Positions 57,443-64,000 of a stretch of DNA of 64,000 nucleotides are shown here, piece after piece; positions within the stretch are counted from its first letter, which is position 1; each line of letters begins with the position of its first letter. The stretch is from contig OY970192.1 of assembly GCA_963708135.1 (NCBI GenBank), positions 3,296,001-3,360,000 on the forward strand, written 5' to 3'. The stretch comes from an uncultured Gemmatimonadales bacterium (lineage in GTDB: Bacteria; Gemmatimonadota; Gemmatimonadetes; Longimicrobiales; RSA9). The notes beneath the pieces are model-generated. The model ran no database searches. It worked only from the letters and a program-made list of their open reading frames with translations, and was not told the origin of the DNA. Made by a program: the position numbers and the translations under genes.

Positions 57443-60400
57443 GGGCTCGTCTCCTGTTCGGCCAGCCAGCGCGGGCGGCGGCGGGGCCGACCCGCATAGG
57501 GGCGCAGGGTGGGCGGGACGCGGCGGGTCAGCGCGGGCGCGAGCAGGCGCGTCGCCGGCAGCTCCTGCGGCTGCAGGCGCTCGAGCTTGCCGGCCACGAG
57601 GGCCGCCACGGGGACGCCGTCGCGGTAGACGACGCGATTCGTCGCCAGAGCCGGCACGCGGCCCTCCGGCGTCGTGATGCCGGTGAGGTTGAGCGGATCC
57701 GCGGCGCTTATGCCGAGGAGCAGGCCGTCCGGCGGCTCGTCGCGGATCGAGCGGAGCAGCCCCACGGCCTCCGGGAGCGCGAACTGCTCGCCGGCAAAGC
57801 CGGCGACGAAGCGCCCGCCGCGCACCTCGCCGCGCGCCTCGAGCCGGCGCAGCGCCCGCACCAGCTCGCGCCACGGCAGCGCCGCGGACTCCCGCGCGGC
57901 CACCCGCCGGCACACCACCCCCCAGCGGCGCAGCAGCGCGCGCGCCTGCGCCTCCGCGCGCTCGGCGCGCAGCACCCCGGCGCGCGCGGGCTCCGCGCCG
58001 GCGCTCGGCCCTGCCTCGAGCGCGGAGGACGTCCGCGACCAGCGGCCGGCCGTCTCCACGGAGTACGGCGCCGCGTCCGCGCGTCGCGACCGCCTGCGCC
58101 GGGGCGGCAGGGCGGCGGCCCCGTCGCCTTCCACCACGCGCGCCGGCGACTCCAGGCGCGGGCGCTTCTGCGCCGGGGTGAGCAGCGCGCGCACGCCGGC
58201 GAAGCCGTCGGACGTGACATGCCCCGCGGCCACGAGCTCGGCGAGCGCGCTCTCGACGCGCGTGGGCAGCAGCCCCGCCGCCGCCACGAGCTCCGCGAAG
58301 AACGATGCGCCGCGCCCGCCCAGCGCCTCGAGCACGCGCATGGCGTCGGAGGACAGGGCCGCGCCCTCGCCTTCCGGATCGACGGCCTCGCGCCACGGCT
58401 CGGCCGCGCCGCGCGGCAGCAGCGCGAGAGGCGTGGAGCGCAGCGGGCCGCGCGGCCGGCCGTTGCCGTCGCCGGCCGGCGGACGGAGGCGCAGCCAGGC
58501 GACGCGCCCGCCGAACGTCAGCGCGTCCAGCGCCGCCGGCGAGTAGTCCTCCACGCGCGCGGCGAGCACGTCCGCCTCCCACGCGCCCGCCGGCACCTCG
58601 AAGCCGGCGAGCTGCTCGATCACGCCCGCCAGCCCCTCCGGCCCCGCGGCCTGGCTCCCGGGCTGCACCCGCTGCCAGCGGAACAGGAAGCGCATGTAGT
58701 CGGCCGGCTCGACGGGCCGGATCTCGGCCCTCAGCCGGTCCAGCGTGTAGCGGTGGATGCGCGCCAGCAGACGCCGGTCGCACCATTCCCGCCCGCTCGC
58801 TCCCGGCGTGAACGCGCCGCGCAGCACCGTCCCCTGGGCCTCGAGCGCGACGAGCGCCGCCTCCACGTCGCCCGCCACCACGCCGAAATGCTCCGCGACG
58901 CCGGCGGCCGTGGTCGGCCCGGCCACCTCCATCCAGCCCCGCACCAGCTCGCGCAGCGCCTCCTCCCGCTCGGGCGGCTCGGCCAACCCGCGCGCGATCT
59001 CGAGCACCCGCGCCGGCTCGACCACGGCGCCGGGGTGCACGGCGACGAGCTCCAGCACCCGCTCCGTCGCCGACAGCAGCGCCGCCCCGTCCACGGACAC
59101 GACCGCCGCGCGCCCCGAGCCGGCCAGCTCCTGGAACAGCGCCTCCGCGGCAGGATCCATGTCCGACCCGCGCAGCGCGCCCGCCAGCAGCAGGAAGTCG
59201 TGCAGCTCGTCGGCGTCCCGGGCGTCGAGCCCGGCCTCCGCCCGCACCCGCTCGATTGCCGCGGCGTCCAGCGCGCCGAGGTCCCGCGCGCCGGACGGCT
59301 CGAGCGCCCGGCGGGTGTAGACCGCCTGCGTCCGGCGCTCCTCGAGCGGCGCGTCGTCGAGGAACTCGTACGCCCGCGCGTTGAGGATCTGCGAGGAGAC
59401 CGGCGAGGGCTCCGGCACGTCCCGGGCAAGGCACTCGACGGTGCCGGCGCCGATCGCCTCTAGCACCGCGACCAGCCCGCGCAGATCCATCGCCTCCTCG
59501 AGGCAGTCGCGCAGCGTCTGGCGCACGAGCGGGTGGTCCGGGACCTCGCGGTCACCCGCGATGTTCTCGATGCACGCCGCGGCATCCGGGAACGCGGCGG
59601 CGAGCAGGTCCTCCGCCTGCATGCGCTGGATCGGCGGCGGCACGCGCCGCCCGCCGCGCTGGCGCGGCACGGCCAGCGAGATGGTCGTGTTCCAGCGCCA
59701 GCGCGTCTGGAAGAGCGGCGAGTCCAGCACCGCCTGCACGAGCACGTCGCGGACGCTCTTCGGATGCAGGTAGCGGAACACGTCCTCCAGCGGGAAGGAG
59801 TGCTGCGGCCCGAGCGAGAGCAGCACGCCCTCCTCGGTGGCGGCGGCCTGCAGCTCGAAGTTGAACGTGCGGCAGAACTTCTTGCGCAGCGCGAGCCCCC
59901 AGGCGCGGTTCACCCGCGCGCCGAACGGCGCGTGCAGCACGAGCTGCATCCCGCCCGCCTCATCGAAGAAGCGCTCGAGCACGAGGCGACGCTGCGTCGG
60001 CACCACCCCGAGCAGCCGCTTCGTCTCCGCCAGGTACGCGGCGAGCTGCTCGGCCGCGGCCGGCGGCACGCCGGTCTCCGCCGCGATGCGCGCGGCCACG
60101 GCCGCGATCGCCTGCTCCGTCCCCGCTCCGGCCTCCTCGAGCCACGCGTCGATGTCGGCCCTGAGCTCCGACACGGCGGCGCTCAGCTCATCGCTCCGCG
60201 ACGGCGCCTCGCCTAGCCAGAACGGGATGTTCGGCGGCGCGCCCTCGGCGTCCGCCACCCGGACCACGCCCTGCTGGATGCGCAGCACCCGCCACGACGT
60301 GTTGCCGAGCTGGAAGATGTCGCCGGCCATGCTCTCGACCGCGAAGTCCTCGTTCACCGTGCCGACGATCGTGCCCTCCGGCTCCACCACGACGCGGTAG

Positions 60401-61911
60401 TCCGCGTTGTCCGGGATCGCGCCGCCGGACGTGAGCGCCAGCAGCCGCGCCCCGCGCCGGCCGCGCAGCCGCCGGTTCACGGCGTCCCGGTGCAGCAGCG
60501 CCGCGCGGCGTCCCCGCCGCGTCGTGTAGCCGCTGCCGAGCATGGCGAGCACCGCGTCGAAGCGCGCGCGCTCGAGGTCGCGGTACGGCGTCGCGCGGCG
60601 CACCAACGCGTAGAGGTCGTCCTCGGCCCAGTCCGAGGCCGCCGTCTCCGCCACCACCTGCTGCGCCAGCACGTCGAGCGGCGCCTGCGGCATCACCATG
60701 CGGTCGAGCTCGCCGCGCCGGACCAGCCGGAAGAGCGCGGCCGACTCGAGCAGGTCGTCGCGCGAGAGTGGGAAGAGCCGCCCCTTCGGCGTGCCGGAGA
60801 CCGTGTGGCCCGACCGGCCGACCCGCTGCAGGAACGTGGCGACGCGGCGCGGCGAGCCGATCTGGCAGACCAGGTCCACGTGGCCGATGTCGATGCCGAG
60901 CTCGAGCGAGGCCGTCGCCACGAGCGCCCGCAGCCGCCCCGCCTTGAGCCGCTCCTCCGCGTCGAGCCGGACCTCCTTCGCCAGGCTGCCGTGGTGCGCC
61001 GCCACGGCCCCCTCGCCGAGCCGCTCGCCGAGATGGCGCGAGATGCGCTCCGCCAGCCGGCGCGTGTTCACGAACACGAGCGTCGTCCGGTGCCGGCGCA
61101 CCAGCGCCGCGAGCCGGTCGTAGACCTCGTCCCAGACCTCCCCCGACATCACCGCCTCGAGCGCGGACTCGGGCAGCTCGAGCGCCAGGTCCAGCTCCCG
61201 CGCGTGCCCCTCGTCGATCACCGAGCACGGCGCCGGCGCGGACGTGCCGGAGAGGAACTCGGCGACGCGCTCGATCGGCCGCTGCGTCGCCGACAGGCCG
61301 ATCCGCTGCAGCCGCCGGCCCGCCACGTGGTCGAGGCGCTCCAGCGAGAGGGCGAGGTGCGCGCCGCGCCGCGACTCGATGACCGCGTGGATCTCGTCCA
61401 CGATCACCGTGCGCGCCGTCCGCAACATCTCGCGGCCCCGCGCCGCCGTGAGGAGCAGGTACAGCGACTCCGGCGTGGTCACGAGGATGTGCGGCGGCGT
61501 GCGCAGCATCATCGCCCGCTCCGCCTGCGTCGTGTCGCCGCTCCGGACCGCGGCCGTGATGCGCACGTCGGGGAGCCCCGCCGCGCGCGCCAGCGCCCGG
61601 ATCTCGCGCCGCGGCTCGGCCAGGTTCCTGTGGATGTCGGCGCTCAGGGCCTTCAGCGGCGAGACGTAGACGACGCGCGTCTCGTCCGGAAGCCCGCCCG
61701 CCTCGAGCCCCTCGCGCAGCAGGTCGTCGATGGCGGTGAGGAACGCGGCCAGCGTCTTCCCCGAGCCGGTCGGCGCCGCGATCAGCGCGTCGCCGCCGCC
61801 CCGGATGGCCTCCCACCCGCGCGCCTGGGCGGGCGTGGGCTCGCCGAGCCGGTCGGCGAACCACTGGCCGACGACCGGATGGAAGCCGGAGAAAGCGCTG
61901 GATGGGGACAT
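57439..61911 (-). CDS. lhr: Lhr-family ATP-dependent SF2 helicase (about 1490 aa)
   Basis: APTGSGKT, DEIH, GLSAT, LELGIDIG, QRVGRSGH, IPFWLGE, GEVRGGRFVAGFAGEQFA. Confidence 0.93.
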   Translation of the reverse strand: MSPSSAFSGFHPVVGQWFADRLGEPTPAQARGWEAIRGGGDALIAAPTGSGKTLAAFLTAIDDLLREGLEAGGLPDETRVVYVSPLKALSADIHRNLAEPRREIRALARAAGLPDVRITAAVRSGDTTQAERAMMLRTPPHILVTTPESLYLLLTAARGREMLRTARTVIVDEIHAVIESRRGAHLALSLERLDHVAGRRLQRIGLSATQRPIERVAEFLSGTSAPAPCSVIDEGHARELDLALELPESALEAVMSGEVWDEVYDRLAALVRRHRTTLVFVNTRRLAERISRHLGERLGEGAVAAHHGSLAKEVRLDAEERLKAGRLRALVATASLELGIDIGHVDLVCQIGSPRRVATFLQRVGRSGHTVSGTPKGRLFPLSRDDLLESAALFRLVRRGELDRMVMPQAPLDVLAQQVVAETAASDWAEDDLYALVRRATPYRDLERARFDAVLAMLGSGYTTRRGRRAALLHRDAVNRRLRGRRGARLLALTSGGAIPDNADYRVVVEPEGTIVGTVNEDFAVESMAGDIFQLGNTSWRVLRIQQGVVRVADAEGAPPNIPFWLGEAPSRSDELSAAVSELRADIDAWLEEAGAGTEQAIAAVAARIAAETGVPPAAAEQLAAYLAETKRLLGVVPTQRRLVLERFFDEAGGMQLVLHAPFGARVNRAWGLALRKKFCRTFNFELQAAATEEGVLLSLGPQHSFPLEDVFRYLHPKSVRDVLVQAVLDSPLFQTRWRWNTTISLAVPRQRGGRRVPPPIQRMQAEDLLAAAFPDAAACIENIAGDREVPDHPLVRQTLRDCLEEAMDLRGLVAVLEAIGAGTVECLARDVPEPSPVSSQILNARAYEFLDDAPLEERRTQAVYTRRALEPSGARDLGALDAAAIERVRAEAGLDARDADELHDFLLLAGALRGSDMDPAAEALFQELAGSGRAAVVSVDGAALLSATERVLELVAVHPGAVVEPARVLEIARGLAEPPEREEALRELVRGWMEVAGPTTAAGVAEHFGVVAGDVEAALVALEAQGTVLRGAFTPGASGREWCDRRLLARIHRYTLDRLRAEIRPVEPADYMRFLFRWQRVQPGSQAAGPEGLAGVIEQLAGFEVPAGAWEADVLAARVEDYSPAALDALTFGGRVAWLRLRPPAGDGNGRPRGPLRSTPLALLPRGAAEPWREAVDPEGEGAALSSDAMRVLEALGGRGASFFAELVAAAGLLPTRVESALAELVAAGHVTSDGFAGVRALLTPAQKRPRLESPARVVEGDGAAALPPRRRRSRRADAAPYSVETAGRWSRTSSALEAGPSAGAEPARAGVLRAERAEAQARALLRRWGVVCRRVAARESAALPWRELVRALRRLEARGEVRGGRFVAGFAGEQFALPEAVGLLRSIRDEPPDGLLLGISAADPLNLTGITTPEGRVPALATNRVVYRDGVPVAALVAGKLERLQPQELPATRLLAPALTRRVPPTLRPYAGRPRRRPRWLAEQETSP

Positions 61912-62097
61912 GGCAGGGAGATACCCGTCTGGCGGGCCGGGGTTTCTGCGCGCCGCGGCCGCGCGGCCACGCGGGACGCGCGGGCGGGGACGTCGCCCGG
62001 GAGCCATGCGGCGGCCGGCCTCGACGTCGGGAACATTGCCCGCCCCCGGTGGCGTCCGCATCCTTGGCCAGCACGCCCCCCGCACGCGGAGCTCCCC

Positions 62098-63915
62098 ATG
62101 GCCGCCACCCGCCGAACGAAAGGCCCGCTCACCGTCACCGCCTACCGCGGCGACGCCAAGACGCTCCTCGCCTTCGACCTCGCCAAACAGGCGACGACGA
62201 ACCTGGCCGGCTTCACCATCCGCTCGGAGCCCGACGGGCGGCCGGCCTACTACCTCTACAACCAGCTCCAGTTCAGGACGCCGTCGCACCACGCGCAGGA
62301 CCCGACGGAGCCGCCCAACTCGAGCGTAAACGCGCCCCTCCACATCTTCCGCTGGGTGCACATCCCGGGGGTGGCGCACCAGGGGACCCGGCCGTTCCTC
62401 GGGCGCTACCGCTACACCGTCACGCCGCGCTACGTCGACGGCCACGGCTCCATGCTGCCGCTCGATCCGGGCCTCGGCTGCACGGTGCCGACCGACGTCG
62501 TGCCCTTCGAGAAGGGAAAGCTCGCCCTCGGCTTCGCGCGCGGGTTCACGCAGTCCCAGGCCTTCGTGAACCACTACGGCCGCAACGCCCGCATCCGCCC
62601 GCCGGGAAAGGAGCTCCTGTTCGACACCTCGCAGGAGTCGGGCGTGAACGCCGACGGCGAGCACTACACCTACGCCGACCAGTACGAGTGGCTCGGCTTC
62701 ACCGCGCGCGAGCGGGTGTTCCATCTGCTCCGCGAGGTGCTGTCCCGCAAGACGCTGCGGCTCGACATGTTCGCCTACGACCTGAACGAGCCGGACCTGC
62801 TGGAGATCGTGCTCGAGCTGGCCAGGCAGGGGCGCGCCCGGCTCATCCTCGACAACGCCGCGCTGCACCACAGCAAGTCGAAGCCGAAGCCCGAGGACCA
62901 GGTGGAGGCGAGGTTCACCGCCGTGGCCACGGCGCCGGCCGCGGTCCTGCGCGGCCACTTCGGCAGGTACGCGCACGACAAGGTGATGATCGTCTCCGGC
63001 AGGACCGGCCCGCTCAGGGTGCTCACCGGCTCCACCAACTTCTCCATCACCGGCCTGTACGTGAACTCCAACGACGTGATGGTCTTCGCCGACCATGCCG
63101 TGACCCGCCTCTACGCGCAGGTGTTCGAGGAGAGCTGGCGGGACGGCGTGAAGAGGGCGGCCTTCCGGGCCTCGCCCCTCTCCGCCGCGACGTATGCGTT
63201 CGACGGCCACGTCCCGAAGACCGAGATCACCTTCTCCCCGCACGAGGAGGAGCGGGCCGCGGAGATCCTCGACGCCGTGGCCGCTCGCATCGCGAAGGAG
63301 GAGGAGAAGCCGGACGGCAACGTGCTGTTCGCCGTCATGCAGGTGGACAACGGCACCAGCCCCGTCTACACCGCGCTCCGCAACCTGCACGCGAACGAGA
63401 CGATCTTCAGCTTCGGCATCTCCGACACGACCGAGGGCATCGCGCTCTACAAGCCCGGGCGGAAGACCGGCCTCCTGGTCACCGGCAAGCCCGCCTCCAC
63501 CATGCTGCCGCCCCCCTTCCACGAGGTGCACCGCATCGGCCTCGGCCACCAGGTCCACCACAAGTTCGTCGTGTGCGGCTTCCAGCGCGGCGACGCCGTC
63601 GTCTACTGCGGCTCCTCCAACCTCGCCAACGGCGGCGAAACCCTGAACGGCGACAACCTCCTCGCCATCCACGACCGCGACGTCGCCACCGCCTTCGCCA
63701 TCGAGGCCGTCACCCTCGTGGACCACTTCAACTTCCTCGACCGCTACACCACCAAGGGCAAGACGACGAAGCCCGCCGCCGAAACCACGAAGGCCGCCGC
63801 CGACGCCGGCTGGTTCCTCTCGACCACCGACCGCTGGGTCCGCCGCTACTACGACCCCGCCGACCTCAAGTACGCCGACCGGCGGCTGTTCGGGGGCGGG
63901 GCGGGGAGCGACTGA
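62098..63915 (+). CDS. Phospholipase D-like protein with two degenerate HKD motifs
   Basis: HDKVMIVS...GSTNFS and HHKFVVCG...GSSNLA; no signal peptide. Confidence 0.85.
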   Translation: MAATRRTKGPLTVTAYRGDAKTLLAFDLAKQATTNLAGFTIRSEPDGRPAYYLYNQLQFRTPSHHAQDPTEPPNSSVNAPLHIFRWVHIPGVAHQGTRPFLGRYRYTVTPRYVDGHGSMLPLDPGLGCTVPTDVVPFEKGKLALGFARGFTQSQAFVNHYGRNARIRPPGKELLFDTSQESGVNADGEHYTYADQYEWLGFTARERVFHLLREVLSRKTLRLDMFAYDLNEPDLLEIVLELARQGRARLILDNAALHHSKSKPKPEDQVEARFTAVATAPAAVLRGHFGRYAHDKVMIVSGRTGPLRVLTGSTNFSITGLYVNSNDVMVFADHAVTRLYAQVFEESWRDGVKRAAFRASPLSAATYAFDGHVPKTEITFSPHEEERAAEILDAVAARIAKEEEKPDGNVLFAVMQVDNGTSPVYTALRNLHANETIFSFGISDTTEGIALYKPGRKTGLLVTGKPASTMLPPPFHEVHRIGLGHQVHHKFVVCGFQRGDAVVYCGSSNLANGGETLNGDNLLAIHDRDVATAFAIEAVTLVDHFNFLDRYTTKGKTTKPAAETTKAAADAGWFLSTTDRWVRRYYDPADLKYADRRLFGGGAGSD

Positions 63916-63958
63916 GGGGGCGCGGGCCGCGGGGCGGTCGAGCGCGCGCGTGCTGGCT

Positions 63959-64000
63959 TCGGAAACAGATCCGGTACTGATCCTTGATCCAGATGCTGTG
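63959..64000 (-). pseudogene. HigB/RelE-like toxin fragment (runs off the window edge)
   Basis: Minus strand reads HSIWIKDQYRICFR, resembling the HigB motif SIRINDQ(W/Y)RICF; the expected C-terminus is missing. Confidence 0.5.

Noticed and set aside
56609..59434. 941-aa ORF suggesting a long TauD fusion
   Set aside because: The upstream part is an alternative frame of lhr with Arg/Gly/Ala-rich composition; TauD begins at GTG 57442.
57439..63726. 2095-aa ORF suggesting a giant Lhr fusion
   Set aside because: The first ~600 aa are the stop-free antisense frame of the PLD gene; Lhr similarity starts at ATG 61911.
1..64000. tRNA, rRNA, riboswitch, IS, integrase or prophage genes
   Set aside because: None were recognised by eye; an Infernal/Rfam scan would be needed to exclude small RNAs.

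Overview
A very GC-rich bacterial chromosomal window, mostly core genes plus many peptidase and envelope genes. Gene content and order suggest Gemmatimonadota (inference only). About 50 CDSs can be called, including holA, an ECF sigma with its ZAS anti-sigma, four tandem M16 subunits, apgM, uppP, Pit with DUF47, dacB, M28 x2, M1, M14, metzincins, an SBP-MCP pair, a BTAD-TM-propeller regulator, TauD, an Lhr helicase and a PLD-like protein. I found no rRNA, tRNA, transposase, integrase or cas genes. The most unusual signals are non-coding. (1) An orphan, degenerate array at 47847-48350 has about 29-nt repeats and 30-33-nt unique spacers, matching type I-E CRISPR geometry. (2) A 61-62-bp-period palindromic element occurs twice in inverted orientation (about 37190 and 47630), and one copy abuts that array. 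(3) A chimeric scar at 55860-55989 is built from fragments of the nearby tauD and lhr genes. (4) Several intergenic elements have inverted microsatellite arms, and tandem arrays sit between convergent genes. A higB-like toxin remnant lies at the right edge. None of this proves a new system; the repeat complex at 46.9-48.5 kb and the lhr-tauD/PLD locus are the best leads.
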